A stretch of DNA of 64,000 nt from positions 774 through 64,773 of the forward strand of contig JASEHI010000004.1 of the NCBI GenBank assembly GCA_030018695.1, in the 5' to 3' direction. Positions 1 through 9,043 of this stretch are shown here, in pieces. The first letter of the stretch is position 1. Each line of letters begins with the position of its first letter. This stretch comes from Anaerolineales bacterium (GTDB lineage Bacteria > Chloroflexota > Anaerolineae > Anaerolineales > Villigracilaceae). Made by a program: the position numbers and the translations under genes. The notes under the pieces were generated by a model. The model was not told where the DNA came from and made no database searches. It saw nothing but the letters and a program-made list of their open reading frames with translations.

Positions 1-92
1 GCATTGGGCCCAATCAAAATGTTGAATGGTCTCAGGGCAATATCCGCACGTTTCAAGCATTTGTAACGCGACACTTCGATTTTACTGAACAT
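1..92 (-). CDS. 5' end of a P-loop ATPase gene (AAA_15/21, OLD/RecF-like N-terminus); partial, continues past the left edge
   Basis: Not in the ORF track because it is open-ended. My translation from the ATG at 92-90 is MFSKIEVSRYKCLKRADIALRPFNILIGPNA. AGGAGG lies 3 nt upstream. It starts 48 nt after the SNF2 stop on the same strand. The FNILIGPN run normally precedes the Walker A motif in this ATPase class. Confidence 0.45.
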   Translation of the reverse strand, partial: MFSKIEVSRYKCLKRADIALRPFNILIGPN

Positions 93-140
93 GGGCCTCC
101 TTCGCGGAATCCTATCCTCTATTGTAATGGCAAACGCCGT

Positions 141-3100
141 CTATTTTGCCTGCCCCTTTGAAAGGATTTCACGGAACGAAACGATATACCGGACTTCGAC
201 CTGCTCTTCTGGTTTCAAGATACTCGCCGGATTCTGGATCATGTACAGAGTCGGACTGGAGGCGGTATTCAGGACGGCGTACAGGAAATACTCTTCGCCA
301 AAACGCTGTGCTTTGAACCATTCGTTCTGCGTCAGTGCCACGGAGCTGGAACCTGCCCTCCCTTTCACTTCGATATACCGCCGTTGGCCGTCTTTCCCGC
401 TCGAGCGCACGTCGAAGCCCAGATTCTCCTTCGAGACGTCCTCCGGGAGGCGACCTTGCGCTCGCTCATGATCCATCGTCACCTGCATGGCGATCGCCTC
501 AACCTGCGGGTCGGTGACCATCTCGTCCGCCCCCGCGGCCGGGACGACGCGCACCGCTCCCAGGAAACGCGGCGTGGAGAGGGTCAGGTTGCGCTCGCGT
601 TCCAGGTTGCGTTTCAGGTCCGACTTGGAATTCTGGTAACGTTGCATTTGCTCTTCTTTATTCCGGATGACCAGATCTACATTCTCCCCATTTTCGTGCC
701 TGATTTTCAAATTGATCAAGTCACCATCCAATTTCACGATCAACTGGTCCAGCGACTTCAACCCGTACTTCTCCTTGACCGCCGCCTGGCGCTGGCGCTC
801 CCTGAGCAGGTCCAGGCGGTAGGACTCCAGTTCGGGCAGCAGGATGCCCAGGGCCTTGCTCTGAACCGAATCCAGGGATGACTGCTCCCCTCTCCTTCCA
901 GGAGCCCCACAGGGGTGCTTCGCGAAGGGGCCGGGGGAAGCCCCCAGAATGGGGGTGAGGTCGCCCTCCTGCAAGTCCCATAAAATGGCCGGGTTGACCG
1001 GGGTGACCGCGCCGCTGCGCCCGTCGGCAAAAAGCGCAAACAGGCGCGTTCCGGCGATCTCGTTCTGCCCGTCGCGGATCTCGCCCTGGTAGAAGAGCAG
1101 CGTGCCGTCCATCAGCCCGTCCGGGTCAGTGAAGAGCGCCCCTTCCTTCATGGCGACGTCCAGGTTGCGCTCCACCCAGGTCAGCAGGGCTTCGAACAGC
1201 GGGGCCCCAAAGGTGACCAGTTCCGCCTGGGAGACGCGCATCGAGGCGTCCTTGTCGAAGGTCGCCAAGGGATAGCGCCGCAGGAGCGGGGCGAACTGCT
1301 TCTTGAAAGTCTCTTCCTCGCCGACCTGCCGCAGGGCGGACGGGACGCTCTCCACGCTCAAGAAGGCGCCCTCGGGGTACTCGGCGACTGTCTTCGGCTG
1401 CCACTTGCCGCCCAGCATCTCCATCGCCCGCTTGAAGAAAGCCGCAGTGTATTCCGGGATCAGGCGGTGCTCGCGCGCCTGGTCGGCCATCTCGCGGATG
1501 CGGGTGTAGTCAATGAAGCGGGTGGCCAGGCTCTCGCCCAGTTCCTCGCGCACCCGGGCGATGTACTCCGGGTCCACCTTGACCTCGATCTCGCGCAAGA
1601 TCTCGTCCATGCTGCGCGCCCCGCAGGCCGCTTCCACCAGCAGTTGCGAGAGATCCTGGCCCTGGATGATGTCGCCCAACACATCAAAGACCTTGTCACT
1701 GCCGAGCGCCTCGCGGATTTCTTCCAGTTTCTTGAACAAAGCGGTCAACACCTGCCCCTCGCGCGTATCCGTAGCCACCAGATTGAAGATAAAGACTTCG
1801 CGCGTCTGCCCGTAACGGTGAATGCGCCCCATACGCTGTTCCAACCGGTTCGGGTTCCACGGGATGTCGTAGTTAACCATCAGATTGCAAAATTGAAGGT
1901 TGATGCCTTCGCCGGCCGCCTCGGTCGCCACCAGCACTTGGGCCTCGTTCTTGAAGACCGACTCGGCCCGGATGCGTTCCTCCAGCCCCATCCCGCCGTG
2001 GATGGTGCAGACGCTGTAGTTCCAGCGGCGCAGGTTCTTTTCCAGATAATCCAGCGTGTCGCGCGACTCGGTAAAGATGAGAACTTTGGAACCGGGATTC
2101 TGGCGATTCAGGTCTTCGAGCGCTGTCTTGAGATGGCGTAACTTGGCCTCGGCCGGCGGAGCGGAGTTGGCGATGACCCTGGCCTGGTCAATCAGCCCGT
2201 CCAGCGTGTGCAGTTCTTCTACGAGTTCTTCGCGGTTCTCGGCGACGCTGAGCGTTTCCCATACCTCTTCCTGCTTCCAGCGCTCCTCCTCGCTCAGATC
2301 CTCGACTTCTTCGAAGTCGTACCCTGACTCGTTGCGATTCTTCTGCTCTGCGCCATGCAGCAGGTCCTCCAGTCGTTTCTTGCGCCGTTCGAGTGAGCGG
2401 AGCAGAGCGAAGGTGCTGGAGGCCAGCCTCCGCTGCAGGATGACCAGGGCAAAGGCCACGTTGCGGCGTTTGTCCTTGCTGAGGGCTTTGCCGTACTGCT
2501 CGTTGACGTAGCGCGACAGGGCATTGTAGAGTTCCTTCTCGGGGTAACTTTCCACGCCCAGGTTGAACGGCTTCGTAATTACATAGCGAGGCAAGAAAAT
2601 ATCACGACCCTCGAAGTCTTTCATGTCTTCCTTGAGCCTGCGGATGAAGAGCGGATTCTCCTGCTGGCGGATGGATTCAGCCACCATGTCTGTCGTTGCG
2701 AAGAAGCCCGGCTCCAGCAAATCCAGGAACAGGCGGAAGTTCTCCGGGTCGCCGCGATGCGGGGTGGCGGTCAGGAAGAGCAGGTGCGTGCAGATCTCCG
2801 AGAGCCTCTCCCCCAGCCGGTAGCGGATGGTCTTGTCCAGTTTTTCGCCGTAGCGGAAGGCGGACATTTTGTGCGCCTCGTCCACGACGATCAGGTCGAA
2901 TTGTACCGAGGCCAGGCCAGCCAGGATGTCGTCCTGTTTGGCGAAGTCAATCGAGGTAATTAATTGTTGCTCGCGTGCCCAAACATTCTGCCCGTAGAAA
3001 GCACCCATAATGCCGCGGTCTACGACCGTGAAAGTCTCCTCGAAGCGGTCCTTCATCTCCCGCCGCCACTGGTCCTTGAGATGCCCTGGCGATACGATCA

Positions 3101-3548
3101 GGATGCGCTTTGCCAGGTGGCGCAGTTTCAGTTCCTTGATAACCAGGCCGGCCATGATGGTCTTGCCGGCGCCGGGGTCGTCGGCGATCAGGAAGCGGAT
3201 GCGCGGCAACTTTAGCACGTGTCCATACACTGCTTCGATCTGGTGCGGCAGCGGGTCAACTTTGGAAGTGTTCATCGCCAGCAGCGGATCATATAACGAT
3301 GCAAAGCGATAGCGATGGGCTTCAAGAGCCAGGAACACGTGGCGTGGGTTGGCGGTAAACTGCGCCTTGATCTCCCCGCCCTTCACCTGTTCCAGTTCGG
3401 ACTTGGGCAGCATCTGGTCAATGTGGGTGCGCGAGTTCACCGTCGCGCCCACGATGCGAATATATTCACCGAGGTCTTCGATGAGATCAACTTTGATCGG
3501 TTCGGGCCAGCGTGGGCCCTGGATGATACTGCCGGGAGTAATGTTCAT
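141..3548 (-). CDS. SNF2-family DEAH helicase with a C-terminal DUF3883 / restriction-endonuclease-like domain
   Basis: Helicase motifs ADDPGAGKT (I), VVDEAHKM (II), LTATPHRG (III) and QRMGRIHRYGQ (VI). The C-terminus reads RRYIEVKGR...LTQNEW...EEYFLYAVLN. I chose the start at MNITPGS (3548) because the duplicated fragment at 4643-4773 begins at the same ATG. Confidence 0.85.
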   Translation of the reverse strand: MNITPGSIIQGPRWPEPIKVDLIEDLGEYIRIVGATVNSRTHIDQMLPKSELEQVKGGEIKAQFTANPRHVFLALEAHRYRFASLYDPLLAMNTSKVDPLPHQIEAVYGHVLKLPRIRFLIADDPGAGKTIMAGLVIKELKLRHLAKRILIVSPGHLKDQWRREMKDRFEETFTVVDRGIMGAFYGQNVWAREQQLITSIDFAKQDDILAGLASVQFDLIVVDEAHKMSAFRYGEKLDKTIRYRLGERLSEICTHLLFLTATPHRGDPENFRLFLDLLEPGFFATTDMVAESIRQQENPLFIRRLKEDMKDFEGRDIFLPRYVITKPFNLGVESYPEKELYNALSRYVNEQYGKALSKDKRRNVAFALVILQRRLASSTFALLRSLERRKKRLEDLLHGAEQKNRNESGYDFEEVEDLSEEERWKQEEVWETLSVAENREELVEELHTLDGLIDQARVIANSAPPAEAKLRHLKTALEDLNRQNPGSKVLIFTESRDTLDYLEKNLRRWNYSVCTIHGGMGLEERIRAESVFKNEAQVLVATEAAGEGINLQFCNLMVNYDIPWNPNRLEQRMGRIHRYGQTREVFIFNLVATDTREGQVLTALFKKLEEIREALGSDKVFDVLGDIIQGQDLSQLLVEAACGARSMDEILREIEVKVDPEYIARVREELGESLATRFIDYTRIREMADQAREHRLIPEYTAAFFKRAMEMLGGKWQPKTVAEYPEGAFLSVESVPSALRQVGEEETFKKQFAPLLRRYPLATFDKDASMRVSQAELVTFGAPLFEALLTWVERNLDVAMKEGALFTDPDGLMDGTLLFYQGEIRDGQNEIAGTRLFALFADGRSGAVTPVNPAILWDLQEGDLTPILGASPGPFAKHPCGAPGRRGEQSSLDSVQSKALGILLPELESYRLDLLRERQRQAAVKEKYGLKSLDQLIVKLDGDLINLKIRHENGENVDLVIRNKEEQMQRYQNSKSDLKRNLERERNLTLSTPRFLGAVRVVPAAGADEMVTDPQVEAIAMQVTMDHERAQGRLPEDVSKENLGFDVRSSGKDGQRRYIEVKGRAGSSSVALTQNEWFKAQRFGEEYFLYAVLNTASSPTLYMIQNPASILKPEEQVEVRYIVSFREILSKGQAK

Positions 3549-3630
3549 GATCAAATGCCCACTTGCCTGTATACGGGTAGGTTGCCAAGTAATCGCCAAC
3601 TAACCGCCGGTTATTTGCCAGGCAGGGCTG

Positions 3631-3692
3631 TGGCGTGTTTGGCGTGTTTCTGGCGTCTTAATGGCGTGTTTGGCGTGTTTCTGACGCCTTTA
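3631..3692. repeat. Tandem duplication, 2 x 31 bp (TGGCGTGTTTGGCGTGTTTCTGRCGYCTTWA); each unit contains GGCGTGTTT twice
   Basis: Direct reading gives 3631-3661 versus 3662-3692 with 3 mismatches. It spans the stop codon of the AlbA_2 gene and lies just upstream of the SNF2 start. Confidence 0.8.
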
Positions 3693-4572
3693 GTCGATAA
3701 AAGGTGCCTTTTCCGGTCAAACCAACTTGTTCAAGGATACCTTTCTGCACCAAGTCTGCAAGCTCTCGGCTTGCTGTGCGCGTGGATACCTGGCCGAGTT
3801 CCTGATATTCACTATTTGTGATGGAACCTTTTTCTTCAATCAACATTACTGCCCTGACCTGTCGCTCGCTCAATCTCAATGAGCGGAGTTGCCCCTCAAC
3901 CAAAATGTCATGGCGGAAAGCAACCCATAAAGCCCCCTGTTTTTCTTCAAACATAGGTTCAGGCAGTTTCGCCGCGGCGCATTCATCCAAAATCTTCTGG
4001 ATACCGCTGCCCCAGCGTTCGATCCAGCCGATATTGAAGAAGATTTCGGCGATCAGGCGACGCCCTTTCAAATTGCACAGCTTGCGGAATCGGCGTAGTT
4101 GTTTGGGGTCGAGGTCAGTAAGTTTGGCGCGCGGTTCGACAACCTGATCCCAGGTCATACCGACTTTTTCCAGGACGGCGCGAGTCAAGTCATCGTCGCT
4201 CATCTGGCGGTTGCTCTTGCCGACGCGCTTGAAATAACGCCCCCGACACGGAACCGGCTTGATAGCACTTTCGGCAACCTGGATGGCAACGACGGTTTTA
4301 CCTTCACGGGAAAAATGCTCTATCTGGTGTGGGTGTACGTGCGTGGCTTGGGCGATACGGTTGGTCCAATCTCGCAGAGTTTCCTTGCCCAGGGGTAGAC
4401 CTTTGACCGTGCCGTCATCTGCAACACCGACCAGCAGCACCCCGCCGTTGGCGTTGGCAAATGCGGAAATGGTCTCAACGGCCTCTTCGTCAAAACTTTC
4501 CTTGAACTCTATCGTTTCCGATTCTCCCTCAGCCAGCAGGCGGTTGAGATGAAAGACGCTTTCTTTGGTCAT
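3658..4572 (-). CDS. AlbA_2 (Schlafen-type) DNA-binding domain protein with C-terminal winged HTH; RecG-like putative transcriptional regulator family, with the central ATPase-like part apparently shortened
   Basis: N-terminus ESETIEFKESF...ISAFANANGGVLLVGVADDGTVKG. Central IGWIERWGSGIQKI. C-terminal HTH ITNSEYQELGQVSTRTASRELADLVQKGIL. Confidence 0.7.
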   Translation of the reverse strand: MTKESVFHLNRLLAEGESETIEFKESFDEEAVETISAFANANGGVLLVGVADDGTVKGLPLGKETLRDWTNRIAQATHVHPHQIEHFSREGKTVVAIQVAESAIKPVPCRGRYFKRVGKSNRQMSDDDLTRAVLEKVGMTWDQVVEPRAKLTDLDPKQLRRFRKLCNLKGRRLIAEIFFNIGWIERWGSGIQKILDECAAAKLPEPMFEEKQGALWVAFRHDILVEGQLRSLRLSERQVRAVMLIEEKGSITNSEYQELGQVSTRTASRELADLVQKGILEQVGLTGKGTFYRLKASETRQTRH

Positions 4573-4642
4573 TGCACTCCTTCAGATTTCATTGGCTTTT
4601 CGTTCCAGGTTTGAACTGATAAAAAGTAAGCCGCCTGCGGCT

Positions 4643-4773
4643 GTGCGCGAGTTCATCGTCGCGCCCACGATGCGGACATATTCACCAAGGTCTTCGACAA
4701 GGTCAACCTTGATCGGTTCGGGTCAGCGTGGGCCCTGGATGATACTGCCGGGAGTGATGTTCATGACATCAAG
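4643..4773 (-). pseudogene. Duplicated 5' fragment of the SNF2 helicase gene (about 42 codons with an in-frame TGA)
   Basis: About 92% identical to 3427-3554. It reads MNITPGSIIQGPR*PEPIKVDLVEDLGEYVRIVGATMNSRT, and homology then ends. Confidence 0.8.
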
Positions 4774-4799
4774 AACCCTTCGTGATTTAACTGTATCAC

Positions 4800-5063
4800 A
4801 TGATATTGAAAATTGGGAGACGCGCGGATGTGAAAGCCAATCCGCACAAATTTCGACACACATTTGCGATCAATTTTCTCCGTAATGGGGGGAACATCTT
4901 CGCTTTACAGGCCATCCTGGGACACACATCTCTGGAAATGGTAAAGCGATACCTCGCAATTGCGCAAGCAGATATCGAAGTCGTTCACCGGAAAGCATCA
5001 GTTGTTAATTGCTGGAACCTGGGGACAATCGGCATCGAATTGGCGCCCTCAATTCTCAACTAG
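4800..5063 (+). pseudogene. C-terminal fragment of a tyrosine recombinase / phage-type integrase
   Basis: NPHKFRHTFAINFL...LQAILGHTSLEMVKRYL carries the HxxR, LGH and catalytic Tyr boxes. The whole N-terminal two thirds of the protein is absent. Confidence 0.7.
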
Positions 5064-5089
5064 AACATATGAAAGCCAACTGAATAGTC

Positions 5090-5171
5090 TCCTCGCCGGG
5101 GATGGTTTAGCATTCCGGCGTATGAAAGGCTGTTAACCGCTAGGTTCGAGGTTCAAGTCCTCGGCGAGGAG
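5090..5171 (+). tRNA. tRNA-like element (probable pseudo-tRNA or att remnant); the anticodon arm cannot be folded
   Basis: 7-bp acceptor TCCTCGC/GCGAGGA. T arm CGAGG-TTCAAGT-CCTCG. Possible D arm GGGA/TTCC. Variable-arm-like hairpin AACC-GCTA-GGTT. Positions 5118-5134 form no 5-bp stem with a 7-nt loop. No CCA is encoded. Confidence 0.3.
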
Positions 5172-5176
5172 CCTTC

Positions 5177-5200
5177 AAGCCCGAAAGGGCTTTTTTTTTT
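5177..5200 (+). terminator. Rho-independent terminator
   Basis: AAGCCC-GAAA-GGGCTT followed by a run of 10 T. Confidence 0.7.
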
Positions 5201-5203
5201 ACT

Positions 5204-6742
5204 TCATACTTTATACAACAGGTCCGCGAATCGTCTGAGCATTTCGCTGACCACGCCGCGCAGGGGCATTGTGGCAGCCATGCCATAGATGGGCGCGCTT
5301 TCCCCTTTCTCTTCCGGATTAGCCCGGACATGCTTCACGGCTGTCCGCAGATCGGCGATGAATTTCTCGGCAACGCCGGGTTGAGTATGGCGCAGCGTTA
5401 CAGCAAGGTGAACTGACGGGGGTTTTTGGAGTGGATTTAGATTCCACTTGCGGACAGCCATGTAATCCATGACCTTATAAATATCCACTGCCTCGGAGGC
5501 GAAGGAAATGATCCACAGCGGATCGCCGAGCACGCGCAAGTCAGGGATGGACTCGATGCCTCGCTTTATACTATCCGCCGTCTGCAGAATTTTTCCGCTT
5601 GCCTCGAGATAGCCTTTTTCGCCCAGCGAAACCATCGCCGCCCAGCAGACCGCGCTCAAGCCGCCGGGACGGCTGCCGCTCATGTTGGGCGAGAAATACA
5701 GCCCACCCGGCCAATCGGCCGCGGTGAAATACTGATAACGCCGCAATTCCTGACCGCGATAGAGGACCACGGATGTGCCTTTGGCGGCATAGCCGTATTT
5801 GTGCGTATCGGCGGAAATGGAGGTCACGCCGGGCAGTCGGAAATCAAAGGGTGGGACGGGGTAGCCCAGTTTCTCGGCCCAGGGGAGGATGAAACCTCCC
5901 AGGCAGGCGTCGGTGTGGAAGCCGATCCCCCTTTCTCGCGCCATTGCGGACATTTCAGCGATCGGGTCAATCACGCCGTGCGGGAAGGTCGGCGCGGAGC
6001 CGATGATGGCGATGGTGTTGCGGTTGAGCGCCTTTTTAATGGCTTTCAGGTCGGCGCGGAAATCGGGGCCGAGCGGCGTGCGAACGATTTTGATCCCGAA
6101 ATACTGCGCGGCTTTGTCGAAGGCGGGATGCGCCGTCTCGGGAGCGACGATCTCGGGCCGGGGGATGCCTTTGCGCTCGCGCGCCTGGTCGCGGTAGGTC
6201 TTCATGGCAAGCAGGATGCTCTCGCTGCCGCCGGAGGTGACCGTACCGCAGAATTCGTTCGCTGTTTCCCCCGCGCCGAGCATCTGCGCGGTCATCGAGA
6301 CGATTTCCGCCTCGAACTTGGAGACGCTCGGCCAGAGGTCGGTGTGCAGCGGGTTGGCCTGTGAATGGATGGCGTAGACGCGGTTGAGGAAATCAATATA
6401 AGCCGGGTCGCCGTGATAGACTGCCCCGGAGACGAAGCCATCTTTCCAGCGCGCGGCCTCTCGATCACGCAATGTTTCCATCCCAGCGATGATCTCCTGG
6501 CGGTCGCGGCCAGTTTCAGGCAGGCGGGAAAAGGTCGGGAAATCGCCCCGGTATGGCTTGAGCGCAGGCTCCAACCGCTCCATGATTTCCCGGTATTCTT
6601 TCTCGATCATGGCCTGCACCGAGGGGATGCGCCGCAGGGTTTTTTCCAGCCTTGTCAGCAGGCGCGGGTTTATCCGCCCCAGATGAGTGTGCAGGAGTTT
6701 AATTTTGTCCATCATCCATCCATGTTCGGTGTTTACCCACAA
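5204..6742 (-). CDS. PLP-dependent group II decarboxylase, sphingosine-1-phosphate-lyase-like
   Basis: [17 protein letters not shown] and [20 protein letters not shown] (PLP lysine in the HKYG context). Confidence 0.8.
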   Translation of the reverse strand: MWVNTEHGWMMDKIKLLHTHLGRINPRLLTRLEKTLRRIPSVQAMIEKEYREIMERLEPALKPYRGDFPTFSRLPETGRDRQEIIAGMETLRDREAARWKDGFVSGAVYHGDPAYIDFLNRVYAIHSQANPLHTDLWPSVSKFEAEIVSMTAQMLGAGETANEFCGTVTSGGSESILLAMKTYRDQARERKGIPRPEIVAPETAHPAFDKAAQYFGIKIVRTPLGPDFRADLKAIKKALNRNTIAIIGSAPTFPHGVIDPIAEMSAMARERGIGFHTDACLGGFILPWAEKLGYPVPPFDFRLPGVTSISADTHKYGYAAKGTSVVLYRGQELRRYQYFTAADWPGGLYFSPNMSGSRPGGLSAVCWAAMVSLGEKGYLEASGKILQTADSIKRGIESIPDLRVLGDPLWIISFASEAVDIYKVMDYMAVRKWNLNPLQKPPSVHLAVTLRHTQPGVAEKFIADLRTAVKHVRANPEEKGESAPIYGMAATMPLRGVVSEMLRRFADLLYKV

Positions 6743-6776
6743 GTCAAAACTTAATAGACATTATCGGTAATAGCTT

Positions 6777-6844
6777 TTTTTGCATCGAATTACACGAATT
6801 GGGCGAATTTTCTTCGGGAAATTCGTGAAAATTCGATGCAAAAG
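6777..6844. repeat. Intergenic imperfect palindrome built from CGAATT/AATTCG motifs
   Basis: TTTTGCATCGAATTacaCGAATTgggCGAATT...AAATTCGtgaAAATTCGATGCAAAA. It lies between the FGGY kinase stop and the decarboxylase start. Confidence 0.6.
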
Positions 6845-6902
6845 AGGATCAGGATTTATTGCCGATAAGGATAAATCTTTTTCGGCTCGTCCGAGTTAGT
6901 CG

Positions 6903-8477
6903 TTAAGAATTCAGCCGCGCGCAAATCGGCCGGTTAGCCTGATAGAGGTTTACAAATTCCTTGAATAATTGGTCGTGGATTCTTCGGTTAGCCGGGTTGG
7001 CTTGAAAAGTATTGGTGATCTGCAGGCGCGCCGCGATTTCGTCGAATGTCGTCAGGCCGAGCGCGACGGTGGCCAGGAATGCCGCGCCGCGCAAACCGGC
7101 GCGGATCGGGTCTTTGACCTGCCGTATCGTGCGCTTCAGCACGTCGGCATGGATCTGGCACCAGATATCCGATTGCGCCCCGCCGCCGATCATGTTGATT
7201 GGCTCCATCCGCCGCCCGGCGAACCGTTCGACGCATTCGAGCAGCCAGCGGGCGTTATAGGCCACGCCCTCGAACACGGCGCGGACGAGCACGCGGCGGT
7301 CAGTCTTGAGGGACAGGTTGAAGAACCCGCCCCGAATCAACGCGTCTTCGACCGGCGTCCGCTCCCCGACCAGCCAGGGAGTGAAGATCACGCCTTCGCT
7401 CCCGGCCGGGGCCTGTTCGGCCATGCGGTCAAAGACTTCATAAATGTTGCCCGGAGGCGCGCCGGTCCGAAGTTCGTCTTCGGCGTAGAGCAGGTTGTCC
7501 CGCAGGAAATTCAGGCAGGCGCCGGCGCACTCCTGTTCATTGGCGATGTAGTATTTGCCGGGTATCGCCGAAGGCAGGGAGGCCATGCTGTGGAGCAGAT
7601 CAGTCTTTTTGAAGGGGACGTGGCAGGAAATCCACGACGAGGTGCCGAGGTAAAGATGTGCTTCGTAATCTCTCACCGCGCCGGAGCCGACGGCGGCCGA
7701 TTGCGCGTCGGTGGCGCCGGCGACGACCAGGGTCTTCTCTGACAGGCCAAGTTCCCGGGCGGCCTCCGCTCGGAGCGGGCCGAGGACGTCTAACGTGCGC
7801 CTGAGTTCGGGCAGTTTTTCCCGCTCGACGCCAGCCATCCCCAGTAGACGGTTATCCCAGAGGATGTTGTAGATATCGCGGTTGTCGGTGAGCCAGTGCA
7901 GATTGACGGAGTCGTAAGTCGCGGCGACCTGGCCGGTCAGGCGCATGTTGATGTAATCTTTAGGCTCGAGGAATTTGTAAGTTTGCCGGTAAATTTCGGG
8001 CAGTTCGTGTTTGACGAACAGGATGTGGGCGAGGGAATCTTTGCCCGAAGGTGTTGGCACGCCGCCGGTCAGGCGCAGCCAGGTCAGCAGTTTCCCGATC
8101 CCATAGCCCTGAATCTTGAAGATGCCATTCGTTGCTTTCTGGGCATACCGCGCGCCGCGCGTGTCCATCCAGAAGATGGCATTCATCAACGGGCGTCCGT
8201 CTCTGCCAACGGCGAGGGTGGTGGAGTACAGGCTGGCGCAGTTGACGGCGAGGATGTCTTCGGCCGGAACCGGGTTTTGCCTGATCACCCGCTGCGCCGC
8301 CCGCAGGATGGCCTGCCACCAGTCGTCCGGACGTTGCTCGATCCCGCCGTTGGGCAGGAAGAGGGTCTCGACCTTCTCGAATTCGCTGGCCAGGATTTCC
8401 CCGCGCGTCGAAACCAGCCCCACTTTTGGGCCGGAAGAGCCCAGGTCTATTGCCAGTGTGTATTTCTCGTTGGGCAT
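6903..8477 (-). CDS. FGGY-family carbohydrate kinase (xylulokinase-like)
   Basis: N-terminal YTLAIDLGSSGPKVGLV, and FGGY C-terminal domain IGGGAQSDIWCQIHADVL. Confidence 0.85.
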   Translation of the reverse strand: MPNEKYTLAIDLGSSGPKVGLVSTRGEILASEFEKVETLFLPNGGIEQRPDDWWQAILRAAQRVIRQNPVPAEDILAVNCASLYSTTLAVGRDGRPLMNAIFWMDTRGARYAQKATNGIFKIQGYGIGKLLTWLRLTGGVPTPSGKDSLAHILFVKHELPEIYRQTYKFLEPKDYINMRLTGQVAATYDSVNLHWLTDNRDIYNILWDNRLLGMAGVEREKLPELRRTLDVLGPLRAEAARELGLSEKTLVVAGATDAQSAAVGSGAVRDYEAHLYLGTSSWISCHVPFKKTDLLHSMASLPSAIPGKYYIANEQECAGACLNFLRDNLLYAEDELRTGAPPGNIYEVFDRMAEQAPAGSEGVIFTPWLVGERTPVEDALIRGGFFNLSLKTDRRVLVRAVFEGVAYNARWLLECVERFAGRRMEPINMIGGGAQSDIWCQIHADVLKRTIRQVKDPIRAGLRGAAFLATVALGLTTFDEIAARLQITNTFQANPANRRIHDQLFKEFVNLYQANRPICARLNS

Positions 8478-9043
8478 TTCGATCTCCTCGATAGATATAG
8501 CAACCCGACACTTTCATAAGTATGGTGGTCGAGTAGCCCCGAACGTCGTACTGAGCCTGTCGAAGTATGCTCTTTGAGGGGCGTATCGAGACCACACTTC
8601 AAGTCAAGATCATGCTGTTGGAATACTACCCGGCGATGTTATCAATTATACATGAGGCCACTTTTTCAGTGCGCTCACAGGGGATTATTAGGCTGTCTTG
8701 GAAATAGCCGGCATTTTCATGCTTTGTGGTGTCAAGCAGACATGATGTCTCATTGGGATTTGCCGTGTTTCGGCGGCAAATGTGGGACAAATTGCCAATT
8801 TGCCCTACGCCTTACCAGCATATGTGCTGGTTCCCGGTGATTCCCAGAGAGCCTTTTTTCTTGTATAATCTCTTATCGTGAACCGGAGCCCCGACTTTCT
8901 CTCTTTGATTTTGATGCCTGTGGACATGGGTGGCGCATTTATGATCTTGGGATTTATGCCAATGACGATTGAGCGAAAACCGCCCAGCAGGACTTGGACC
9001 GGGATCGTGACCCCTCCAAAAATTTCTGTGCTGTATGCGTCTA

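Noticed and set aside
4800-5063. The integrase fragment as the missing integron integrase (intI) for the cassette array
   Set aside because: Only the last roughly 60 residues of a generic tyrosine recombinase survive. The fragment lies 4 kb away behind two housekeeping genes, not divergent from the first cassette. The IntI-specific insertion cannot be assessed.
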